Source: Candidatus Methylomirabilota bacterium (GTDB taxonomy: Bacteria > Methylomirabilota > Methylomirabilia > Rokubacteriales > CSP1-6). Taken from it: a stretch of 64,000 bases of DNA. The translations under genes and the position numbers were made by a program. The stretch is from contig DATFYA010000021.1 in the NCBI GenBank assembly GCA_035315345.1, positions 31,674 to 95,673 of the forward strand, given 5' to 3'. The stretch's first letter is position 1, and each line of letters begins with the position of its first letter. The notes under the pieces are model-generated. The model was not told the DNA's origin. It made no database searches and saw only the letters and a program-made list of their open reading frames with translations. Shown here piece after piece: positions 33,443 to 40,373 of the stretch.

Positions 33443-34806
33443 TGCGCGCGTCCTCGCGGCACGAAGGCCAGACGCGCGTAGGAGCCGGTCAGGTAGCGGC
33501 GCGCGGCCTGCTGGACCTGATCGCGGGTCACCGCCCGGATCCGATCCACATAGGTGCGCTCCGCCTCGAGGTTCCACGTGGTCTCCGCGCGCCCGTAGGC
33601 CAGGGCCAGGCCCTCGACGGTCTCGCGCGAGAATTCCCGCTCGGCTTCGGACGCGGTGATGGCCCGCGCCAGCTCCTCTGCGGTCACGCCCTCCGACTGC
33701 ACGCGCGCGATCTCGGCCATGATCGCCTTCTCGACCGCGTCCTGATCGGAGCCCTCGAGCTGCGCGGTCACGCCGAGGGCTCCCGCACCCTGCAGCGTCC
33801 CGTACCACCCGCTGATGCTCGACACCAGTCGGGCGCGCTCGCGCAGCGCCTGATTGAGGCGCGAGCTGCGTGAGCCGCCGAGGATGTGGCTGAGCACGTC
33901 CACCGCCGGCATGTCGGGATCGCCGAGCGGCGGGGCCAGCCAGGCGAATCCGAGCTGGGTCTGACGCTCGGGACGCTCCACCGAGCGGGCGCGCACTCCC
34001 TCGAGCGGAGCCGGCGCGCCGACCGGTGGCCGCGCATAGCCGGTGGCGGGCCGCGAGCCGAAGGCCTCGATCGCCGCCGCGCGCACCGCGGCGGGGTCCA
34101 CCGGGCCGACCACCACGAGGGTCAGGTTGTCGGGCACGTAGTGCCGCGCATAGTAGCCGCGCAACGACTCCGGGGTGGCGTCACGCAGATCCTTGACGTC
34201 TCCCAGCACCGGTCGGCCATAGGGATGACCGTCATAGAGGAGGTTGTACAGTTGCCGTCCGAGCGAGGAGCGTGGGTTGTCCTCGTTCAGTCGGACCTCC
34301 TCGAAGACCACCTCGCGCTCGCGCCCCAGCTCGGCGGGATCGAACACCGAGTTGAGCACCATGTCCGCCATCAACGAGATGCCGGAGAGCGCGCGCGCCG
34401 CCGGCAACAGGAGATAGTAGAAGGTGTAGTCGTTGGACGTTCCCGCGTTCGTCCGGCCGCCGACTGCTTCGACCTCGCGATCCACGAAGCCACGCGGGCG
34501 CGTCGTGGTGCCCTTGAAGAGCATGTGCTCCGCGAAATGGGAGAACCCTCGCTCGCCGATCGCTTCGTCGCGGCCGCCCACACCCGCCCAGAGGTGGATC
34601 GCCACCGTGCTGGCCGCCCGATGCTCCTGCACGATGAGACGCATGCCGTTCGGCAGAACCTCTCTCACCAGTGGAGGCAGACCGTGGCGCTGCGATGGCG
34701 TTGTGGACGCAGATCGCGTGGATGCCGGGGCCGCACACCCACTGATCCCCATCGACAGCCCGAGGAGCGCGCAGACGAGTGCGCGCGTGGAGAGGGAGGG
34801 GAACAT
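33439..34806 (-). CDS. exported M16 family zinc peptidase, catalytic subunit (HFAEH motif), probable lipoprotein
   Basis: About 455 aa starting MFPSLSTRALVCALLGLSMGISGC (lipobox-like). It carries an intact HxxEH motif (GFSHFAEHMLFKGT) and a downstream Glu-containing region. The ORF-track start at 34905 is an extension. Confidence 0.8.
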   Translation of the reverse strand: MFPSLSTRALVCALLGLSMGISGCAAPASTRSASTTPSQRHGLPPLVREVLPNGMRLIVQEHRAASTVAIHLWAGVGGRDEAIGERGFSHFAEHMLFKGTTTRPRGFVDREVEAVGGRTNAGTSNDYTFYYLLLPAARALSGISLMADMVLNSVFDPAELGREREVVFEEVRLNEDNPRSSLGRQLYNLLYDGHPYGRPVLGDVKDLRDATPESLRGYYARHYVPDNLTLVVVGPVDPAAVRAAAIEAFGSRPATGYARPPVGAPAPLEGVRARSVERPERQTQLGFAWLAPPLGDPDMPAVDVLSHILGGSRSSRLNQALRERARLVSSISGWYGTLQGAGALGVTAQLEGSDQDAVEKAIMAEIARVQSEGVTAEELARAITASEAEREFSRETVEGLALAYGRAETTWNLEAERTYVDRIRAVTRDQVQQAARRYLTGSYARLAFVPRGRAQ

Positions 34807-34950
34807 TGCGGCTACACGGTACCAGAGCGCCCCAGTGCCCTCAAGCGGCTCAGCCGAGGCAGTCTGCCGGACGGCCGTGCTGCGCCATGCCGGGCAGAAC
34901 GCCATGGCCCGCTTCGAGCGCCTACGGTGTGCTGACCGTATCTGTCTAAT

Positions 34951-34970
34951 TTATTTGACGTTATTTGACA
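34951..34970 (+). promoter_or_regulatory. tandem direct repeat TTATTTGACG / TTATTTGACA upstream of the repeat-protein gene
   Basis: Two adjacent 10-bp copies lie in an AT-rich island within the divergent intergenic region between the M16 peptidase operon and the plus-strand repeat gene. This could be a regulator binding site or -35-like elements. Confidence 0.3.
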
Positions 34971-34978
34971 GGAACCTC

Positions 34979-34996
34979 TTGGCATCCCTGGTGCAT
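34979..34996 (+). promoter_or_regulatory. sigma54-like -24/-12 element (TTGGCAT-N5-GGTGCAT)
   Basis: The GG and GC dinucleotides are spaced exactly as in the TGGCAC-N5-TTGCA consensus, about 100 nt upstream of the ATG at 35097. No convincing sigma70 -10 is present. Confidence 0.3.
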
Positions 34997-35096
34997 CCAA
35001 AGCGTGAGTCCGGGGCCCCAGGAAGCCAGATCGCAAACGGGGAAGACGGCGGCAGCAAACGCAACACACGAGACGAACTGAGAAAGGATCACACAG

Positions 35097-36404
35097 ATGA
35101 GAAAGGTGCTGGCAACGGTGTTGAGTGTGGTGTCGGCGGTCTCCCTCTCGGCCACGGTCGGGATGGCTCAGACCTCCTGCCCCGCCGAGGTGGCATCCGC
35201 GAAGGCCATGCTGGGTCAGATGGCCAAGAGCCAGGACGTCCAGGCGCCTCGCTCGCTGGCGGGCGCTCGGTCGCAGGACGTGCAGGCGCCGCGGGCTCAG
35301 GATGTGCAGGCTCCGCGGTCGCAGGATATCCAGGCGCCCCGTTCGCTGGCGGGCGCTCGGTCGCAGGACGTGCAGGCGCCGCGCGGTCAGGACATCCAGG
35401 CTCCGCGTAGCCAGGACATCCAGGCTCCGCGTGGTCAGAACATCCAGGCGCCGCGCAGTCAGGACGTTCAGGCTCCTCGGAGTCAGGACATCCAGGCCCC
35501 GCGCTCGCTAGCGGGCGCCCGGTCGCAGGACGTGCAGGCTCCTCGCGGTCAGGACATCCAGGCCCCGCGTGGTCAGGACGTTCAGGCGCCGCGCAGCCAG
35601 GACGTGCAGGCTCCCCGCGGTCAGGACATCCAGGCCCCACGTGGTCAGAACATCCAGGCTCCGCGCAGCCAGGACGTGCAGGCGCCGCGTGGCCAGGACA
35701 TCCAGGCCCCGCGTGGTCAGGACGTGCAGGCTCCTCGCAGCCAGGACATCCAGGCTCCGCGCTCGATGGCGGGGGCTCGGTCGCAGGACGTCCAGGCTCC
35801 GCGCAGCCAGGACGTGCAGGCTCCGCGCGGTCAGGACATCCAGGCGCCGCGTGGCCAGGACATCCAGGCCCCGCGTGGTCAGGACGTGCAGGCTCCTCGC
35901 AGCCAGGACGTACAGGCGCCGCGCGGTCAGAACATCCAGGCCCCGCGTGGTCAGGACGTGCAGGCTCCTCGTAGCCAGGACGTACAGGCGCCGCGCGGTC
36001 AGAACATCCAGGCCCCGCGTGGCCAGGACGTGCAGGCTCCTCGTAGCCAGGACGTACAGGCTCCTCGCGGTCAGGACATCCAGGCCCCGCGTGGCCAGGA
36101 CGTGCAGGCTCCTCGTAGCCAGGACGTGCAGGCTCCTCGGGGTCAGGACATCCAGGCTCCGCGCAGCCAGGACGTGCAGGCTCCTCGTGGCCAGGACATC
36201 CAGGCTCCTCGCGGCCAGAACATCCAGGCTCCGCGGACCCAGGACGTGCAGGCCCCGCGTGCCCAGGATGTGCAGGCTCCGCGCTCGGCTGATTTCAAGA
36301 AGGCTTCTGGCCTCGTGAGCGAGGCGGAGGCCGCGTGCAAGGCCGGGAACACGTCGCTGGCCAGTGACAAGGCCAAGGCGGCGATGGAGCTGATGAAGAA
36401 GTAG
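35097..36404 (+). CDS. secreted tandem-repeat protein: signal peptide + 41 x octapeptide (S/G)-Q-D-(V/I)-Q-A-P-R with four S(L/M)AGAR inserts + short helical C-terminal tail
   Basis: 435-aa ORF with an AAGGA RBS 8 nt upstream. It has an N-terminal signal peptide (MRKVLATVLSVVSAVSLSATVGMA|QTS) and a 1056-nt perfectly in-frame 24-nt repeat array. The flanks are related Cys-containing Ala/Lys-rich segments (SCPAEVASAKAML / AACKAGNTSLASDKAKAAMELMKK). A strong intrinsic terminator follows. I do not recognise a homologous family. Confidence 0.85.
   Translation: MRKVLATVLSVVSAVSLSATVGMAQTSCPAEVASAKAMLGQMAKSQDVQAPRSLAGARSQDVQAPRAQDVQAPRSQDIQAPRSLAGARSQDVQAPRGQDIQAPRSQDIQAPRGQNIQAPRSQDVQAPRSQDIQAPRSLAGARSQDVQAPRGQDIQAPRGQDVQAPRSQDVQAPRGQDIQAPRGQNIQAPRSQDVQAPRGQDIQAPRGQDVQAPRSQDIQAPRSMAGARSQDVQAPRSQDVQAPRGQDIQAPRGQDIQAPRGQDVQAPRSQDVQAPRGQNIQAPRGQDVQAPRSQDVQAPRGQNIQAPRGQDVQAPRSQDVQAPRGQDIQAPRGQDVQAPRSQDVQAPRGQDIQAPRSQDVQAPRGQDIQAPRGQNIQAPRTQDVQAPRAQDVQAPRSADFKKASGLVSEAEAACKAGNTSLASDKAKAAMELMKK
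35229..36284 (+). repeat. 24-nt coding tandem repeat array (41 copies plus four 18-nt insert units)
   Basis: Consensus unit caggacgtgcaggctcctcgcggt. Copies differ mostly at synonymous third positions (gcg/gct/gcc, ccg/cct/ccc, cgc/cgt/cgg, gtg/gtc/atc). It generates spurious antisense ORFs at 35089..35640 and 35508..36422. Confidence 0.95.
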
Positions 36405-36426
36405 GGATCGGTACCGAAACACCCAC

Positions 36427-36461
36427 GGCCCCGGGGGCGACCTCGGGGCCGTTTCTTTTTC
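36427..36461 (+). terminator. rho-independent terminator of the repeat-protein gene (possibly bidirectional, also downstream of phnE)
   Basis: GGCCCCG-GGGGCGACCT-CGGGGCC hairpin followed by GTTTCTTTTTC, 23 nt after the stop codon. Confidence 0.7.
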
Positions 36462-36470
36462 GCACGCCGA

Positions 36471-37223
36471 TCAGACCAGGCGCGCCCGGAGCCGCGACGA
36501 CGCGAAGTCGACGATCATCACGAGCACGACCAGCACGAGGAGAACCGTCGCCGCGGCCGGGTAGTTCAAGAGCCGCAGGTACGTCTGGATGTAGAAGCCG
36601 ATGCCTCCCGCTCCCACGAAGCCGAGGATCGCCGCCGCGCGGATGTTGGTCTCGAAGCGATAGAGCGTGAAGGAGAGGAACTGGGGCACGATCTGCGGCA
36701 GCACGCCCCAGCGCAGCACCTGAAGCCCACTGGCGCCGGTCGCCCGCACCGCCTCGACGGGGCCGGGCTCGATCGCCTCGATGGCCTCGGAGTAGAGCTT
36801 GCCGAGCACGGTGGCGGTGTAGACCACCACCGCCAGTACGCCCGGAAACGGCCCCAGGCCGACCGCCGCGACGAAGAACAGCGCGTACACGAGCGTGTCC
36901 ACCGCGCGGAAGGTGTTGAGCAGCAGCCGCGCGCTGTAGAAGAGCCACCGCGGGGCCGCGTTGCGGGCGGCCGCGAATCCTACCGGCAGGGCCAGCACCG
37001 CGGCGGTCGCGGTACCGACCACCGCGATCTGGATGGTCTGCACCGCCCCGCGGAGCGCGTTTCCCAGCACCGAGAGGTCCGGCGGCACCATGCGGCGCAC
37101 GAAGTCCCACATGTACGGCAGGCCCTCGATCATGCGCCCGAGCGAGACCTCGGTGGCCACCGCCGACCACAGGAACACGGCCAGCATCGTGATCCATCCC
37201 GCCCACCGCCCGCCGCGGCTCAC
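36471..37223 (-). CDS. phnE: phosphonate/phosphite-type ABC transporter permease PhnE
   Basis: About 250 aa of the PhnE family permease, with six TM helices. The GTG start overlaps the phnC stop (GTGA). The ORF-track ORFs 36471..37634 and 36295..37251 are an extension and an out-of-frame artifact. Confidence 0.85.
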   Translation of the reverse strand: MSRGGRWAGWITMLAVFLWSAVATEVSLGRMIEGLPYMWDFVRRMVPPDLSVLGNALRGAVQTIQIAVVGTATAAVLALPVGFAAARNAAPRWLFYSARLLLNTFRAVDTLVYALFFVAAVGLGPFPGVLAVVVYTATVLGKLYSEAIEAIEPGPVEAVRATGASGLQVLRWGVLPQIVPQFLSFTLYRFETNIRAAAILGFVGAGGIGFYIQTYLRLLNYPAAATVLLVLVVLVMIVDFASSRLRARLV

Positions 37224-37963
37224 GATCGCGTGGATCCGAAGATGCGGCCAATGGCGGGTTCGTCGAGGGAGGCGGGCGGGCCGTCGTGTACGACGCGGCC
37301 CCGGAGCAGGCCCACGATGCGATGGCCGTAGATCTGAGCCAGCTCCAGCACGTGGAGGGAGGCCACCACCGTGATGCCGTCCTCGCGGTTGATCCGCCGG
37401 AGCAGCTCCATCACGGTGTGGGCGAGGGCCGGATCCAGGCTCGCCATCGGCTCGTCGGCCAGCACGACCGTCGGGGTCTGGACCAGCGCCCGGGCGATGG
37501 CCACACGCTGCTGCTGCCCGCCCGAGAGCGTGTCCACGCGGCGCTCGGAAAGTCCCTCCAGACCGACCCGCGCCAGCGTCGCCTCGACCCGCGCCACGTC
37601 GGCCCGCGCGAACCATCCGCCGAGCGATCGCCACGTCGACGTATGAGCGAGGCGGCCCAGCATCGCGTTCTCCCGCACGGTGAGCCGGCGCAGGAGATTG
37701 AACTGCTGGAACACGAAGCCGACGTCGGCGCGTATGCGGCGCAGTGACTCGGCGGAGGCGCCGGTGACCATTCGCCCGTGCACCTCCACCTCGCCCGCGG
37801 TCGGCGTGACCAGACCGTTCAGGCAGCGCAGCAGCGTGGACTTCCCCGCTCCGCTGGGCCCGATGAGGGCCACGAACGCGCCCGGCTCGATGTCGAGATC
37901 GATGCCGTCCAGCGCCCGCGGACTGCCCGGGTAGTCCTTCCGGAGCGAGCGGACCCGGATCAC
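37220..37963 (-). CDS. phnC: phosphonate-type ABC transporter ATP-binding protein PhnC
   Basis: Walker A (GPSGAGKST), the ABC signature (LSGGQQQRVAIARAL) and Walker B (VLADEPMASLD). The likely GTG start (VIRVRSLRKDY) overlaps the HIT stop (GTGA). Confidence 0.85.
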   Translation of the reverse strand: MIRVRSLRKDYPGSPRALDGIDLDIEPGAFVALIGPSGAGKSTLLRCLNGLVTPTAGEVEVHGRMVTGASAESLRRIRADVGFVFQQFNLLRRLTVRENAMLGRLAHTSTWRSLGGWFARADVARVEATLARVGLEGLSERRVDTLSGGQQQRVAIARALVQTPTVVLADEPMASLDPALAHTVMELLRRINREDGITVVASLHVLELAQIYGHRIVGLLRGRVVHDGPPASLDEPAIGRIFGSTRS

Positions 37964-38289
37964 CGACGGCCGGCGGTGAAGTGAAAGTGGATGTGGTCGA
38001 CGACCTGGCCGCCCTCGGGCCCGGTGTTGCACGACAGGCGGTAGCCGCGCTCGGCGTAGCCGGTGCGCTCGCCCATCAGGCGCGCCACCTGGATGCAGCG
38101 CCCGAGCACGCCGGCGTCCCCCGGCTCCACCTGCGCGATCGACTCGATGTGACGCTTGGGAACGATCAGCAGATGGACGGGCGCCTTGGGATACAGGTCC
38201 CGGAACGCCATGACCAGGTCGTCCTCGTACTCGATGTCGGCCGGGCTCTCCTTCGCGGCGATGCGGCAGAAGATGCAGGCCGGGGTCAT
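37960..38289 (-). CDS. HIT family (histidine triad) hydrolase
   Basis: About 109 aa from MTPACIFCRIAAKESPADIEYEDD, ending with the histidine triad HIHFHF. The ORF-track start at 38439 is an extension. Confidence 0.8.
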   Translation of the reverse strand: MTPACIFCRIAAKESPADIEYEDDLVMAFRDLYPKAPVHLLIVPKRHIESIAQVEPGDAGVLGRCIQVARLMGERTGYAERGYRLSCNTGPEGGQVVDHIHFHFTAGRR

Positions 38290-38304
38290 GAGGGGTCCGG
38301 GCTC

Positions 38305-38313
38305 GTGTATAAT
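38305..38313 (+). promoter_or_regulatory. near-consensus -10 element (TG-TATAAT) upstream of the small zinc-ribbon ORF
   Basis: A perfect TATAAT hexamer at 38308..38313 is preceded directly by TG, about 50 nt upstream of the ATG at 38362. The HIT gene starts divergently at 38289. Confidence 0.35.
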
Positions 38314-38361
38314 GCGGGGCGCGTCAATATCCTGTCGATCGAAACGGCGAGGGAGAACGGC

Positions 38362-38478
38362 ATGGGGACCTGCCCCAAGTGCAAGCATCGGATCCGCAAG
38401 AACGGCAACCACGTGAAGCTGGGCTCGGTGTGGTTCCACAAGATGTGCCCGGTCAAGGCCGCCCGCTCCGCCAAGTAG
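38362..38478 (+). CDS. small (38 aa) Cys/His zinc-ribbon-like protein
   Basis: MGTCPKCKHRIRKNGNHVKLGSVWFHKMCPVKAARSAK. It has a CxxC...H...C arrangement and a GAGGGAGA RBS 5-6 nt upstream, with GC3-rich codon usage like the host. It is not in the ORF track as a separate ORF and overlaps the methyltransferase 3' end convergently by about 25 nt. Confidence 0.4.
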   Translation: MGTCPKCKHRIRKNGNHVKLGSVWFHKMCPVKAARSAK

Positions 38479-39181
38479 TTCCCTCCCCTCCGAACCGCGA
38501 CAGCTTCATCAACAGCAGCATCGGCCAGCCGACATAGCGAGCGCCGCGGGGGTATGCCGCGGCCAGCGAGTCGTCGACGGGGTGCTCATCGAGGCGCTCG
38601 ACGGTGAGGTCGGCCTCGCGCGCGGCCCTCACGTAGTCGCTGATCGCGTGCGGCCGGCTGGCCGGCTGCGTTCGCTCGCCGGTGCGCGGGTCGTAGAAGC
38701 GCGCTTGCACGCCGCGCTCCACCATGGCCGGATGCATGGCCGAGATCACGACGGCGCCTCGCGGACGCGCGGCGCACACCCGCGCCAGCTCCCGACAGAG
38801 CGCGCCCAGATCGGCCACGTGCTCCAGCACCAGGCAGCACAAGACGCGATCGATCGTGCCGTCCTCGAACGGCAGCGGCGTGGTGACATCGTGCCGCAGG
38901 AACCGCACGCGCTCGGCTCCCGGCTTCTCCCGCGCCGCCGCGAGCATGCCCGGCGAGAAGTCCAGCGCGGTGACGTGCGCGCCCTGCATGGCCAGGCGGA
39001 CCGCGTGTCGTCCGGTGCCGCAGCCGACATCGGCCACGGCGAGACCGGCCGTCTCGCCGATCAGCGCGCCGATGTGCCGCTCCTCCAGGGCGATCAGCGG
39101 GTTGCCGTCCCGATCGTAGACCTCGGCCCACAGATCGTAGGCCTCACGGGTGGGCAGGTGGCGGACCATGCCGGCAAGCAT
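38453..39181 (-). CDS. class I SAM-dependent methyltransferase
   Basis: Glycine-rich SAM-binding motif VADVGCGTGRHAV and a Methyltransf_11/25-like fold. The likely start is MLAGMVRHL. Confidence 0.75.
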   Translation of the reverse strand: MLAGMVRHLPTREAYDLWAEVYDRDGNPLIALEERHIGALIGETAGLAVADVGCGTGRHAVRLAMQGAHVTALDFSPGMLAAAREKPGAERVRFLRHDVTTPLPFEDGTIDRVLCCLVLEHVADLGALCRELARVCAARPRGAVVISAMHPAMVERGVQARFYDPRTGERTQPASRPHAISDYVRAAREADLTVERLDEHPVDDSLAAAYPRGARYVGWPMLLLMKLSRFGGEGTTWRSGRP

Positions 39182-39213
39182 ACCCGGCCCCGCGTCCGGA
39201 TGGCACACGTACA

Positions 39214-39876
39214 ATGATCCCCGAGATGATCTCGACGACGACCGATGCTCGCGACGTGTTGTTCGTCGGCGACGTGCAGGGGTGCGCGGCGGAGCTGCGC
39301 GATCTCCTGCAGGCCTCGGGCTTCGATCGCCGGCGCCATCGCCTGGCGCTCTGCGGCGATCTGATCAACCGCGGGCCGGACAGCGTCGGCGTGCTCGAGC
39401 TGGCGCGCGAGCTCGACGCGGTGGCCGTTCTCGGCAACCACGAGGTCTCGCTGATCGAAGGTCGCGCCTCGGCGTCGCTGGACCTGGTCCGGGCGCAGCT
39501 GGGCCGGTCGCTGGACGAGTGGCTCGGCTGGCTGCGGGCCCTGCCCACGTTCGTCGTCGAGGCAGACTACATCCTCGTGCACGCCGGCATCGCGCCGGGC
39601 AAGCGCCCGGAGGAGTGCACGCGGGAGGAGCTGACCGAGATCCGCACCGTCGACGGGGGCGTGCCGTGGTTCGATTTCTGGCGCGGACCCGAGACCGTCG
39701 TCTTCGGCCACTGGGCCGCGCGGGGCCGCGTCGACCGGCCGCTCTGCAAGGGTCTCGATACCGGCTGCGTGTACGGCGGGCGGCTCACCGGACTCTGGTG
39801 GCCGCGGCGCGAGTGGGTCTCGGTGCCCGCGCACCGGGCCTGGTTCGTTCGCGCCGGCGACCACGCGGCCGGATAG
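39214..39876 (+). CDS. metallophosphoesterase, ApaH-like (diadenosine tetraphosphatase / PPP-family phosphatase)
   Basis: GDVQGC...GDLINRGPDS...GNHE motifs as in symmetrical Ap4A hydrolase ApaH and PP2B-like phosphatases. It is a lone plus-strand gene divergent from the methyltransferase. Confidence 0.75.
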   Translation: MIPEMISTTTDARDVLFVGDVQGCAAELRDLLQASGFDRRRHRLALCGDLINRGPDSVGVLELARELDAVAVLGNHEVSLIEGRASASLDLVRAQLGRSLDEWLGWLRALPTFVVEADYILVHAGIAPGKRPEECTREELTEIRTVDGGVPWFDFWRGPETVVFGHWAARGRVDRPLCKGLDTGCVYGGRLTGLWWPRREWVSVPAHRAWFVRAGDHAAG

Positions 39877-39890
39877 CGGCCGCTACCGCG

Positions 39891-40274
39891 TCACGACCGC
39901 GCGGGCGCCGCCGACTCCATCATCGCGAGCAGCAGCGCGAGCAGCATCACCGCCGTCGACGCGATGAGCCACCGCACCGTCTTTCGGTACTCGCGCTCGT
40001 CGTCGTCCTCGATCCGGAGCGATCGGAAGAGCGCCACGATCTGCAGGGCGATGGCCCCCACCAGCGTGGCGGTCGAGAGCACCGAGCGGACGGTCCAGTG
40101 GCCCGAGGCCTCGAGGCCCCAGAAGCGGAGGAACGCGAGGGAGAAGCCGAGGAGGACGGTGATCGCGGTGATGATGCCCTGCCGGTAGCCGGGAGGCGGC
40201 GGCCGGCGCGAGGGCTCAGGGATGGCCGCCTCGCGCGAGGCGGCTTTGTCGTCACCGGCGACCGGATCGTTCAT
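39891..40274 (-). CDS. hypothetical small membrane protein (2-3 TM)
   Basis: The likely start is MNDPVAGDDKAAS. The ORF-track N-terminal extension to 40358 (TTG) overlaps the tRNA-Ala gene and is rejected. Confidence 0.5.
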   Translation of the reverse strand: MNDPVAGDDKAASREAAIPEPSRRPPPPGYRQGIITAITVLLGFSLAFLRFWGLEASGHWTVRSVLSTATLVGAIALQIVALFRSLRIEDDDEREYRKTVRWLIASTAVMLLALLLAMMESAAPARS

Positions 40275-40297
40275 CGGTGAGCGGAGAGGAGCAGGAA

Positions 40298-40373
40298 TGG
40301 TGGAGACGAGGGGAGTCGAACCCCCGACCTCGGCGTTGCGAACGCCGCGCTCTCCCAACTGAGCTACGTCCCC
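40298..40373 (-). tRNA. tRNA-Ala (anticodon CGC)
   Basis: The reverse complement GGGGACGTAGCTCAGTTGGGAGAGCGCGGCGTTCGCAACGCCGAGGTCGGGGGTTCGACTCCCCTCGTCTCCACCA folds as a 76-nt cloverleaf. It has the G3:U70 Ala identity pair, anticodon loop TTCGCAA and an encoded CCA. Confidence 0.9.

Noticed and set aside
35229-36284. CRISPR array or other non-coding repeat array at the 24-nt tandem repeats.
   Set aside because: The units are contiguous with no spacers, keep a single reading frame for 1056 nt behind a signal peptide and RBS, and vary mainly at synonymous positions. This is a coding repeat, not CRISPR.
35089-36422. Minus-strand ORFs (35089..35640 and 35508..36422) and alternative plus frames (35125..35511, 35569..36318) over the repeat gene.
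   Set aside because: Periodic 24-nt repeats keep every frame open. These frames have no start context and encode Arg-rich nonsense, so only the frame with a signal peptide, RBS and terminator is credible.
36295-37251. 318-aa minus-strand ORF overlapping phnE in another frame.
   Set aside because: It is out of frame with the well-supported PhnE permease and has a low-complexity Arg/Gly/Ala-rich translation typical of GC-rich off-frame ORFs.
40275-40358. N-terminal extension of the 155-aa membrane protein ORF with a TTG start at 40358.
   Set aside because: The extension is encoded across the body of tRNA-Ala. The downstream ATG (MNDPVAGDD) is the sensible start.
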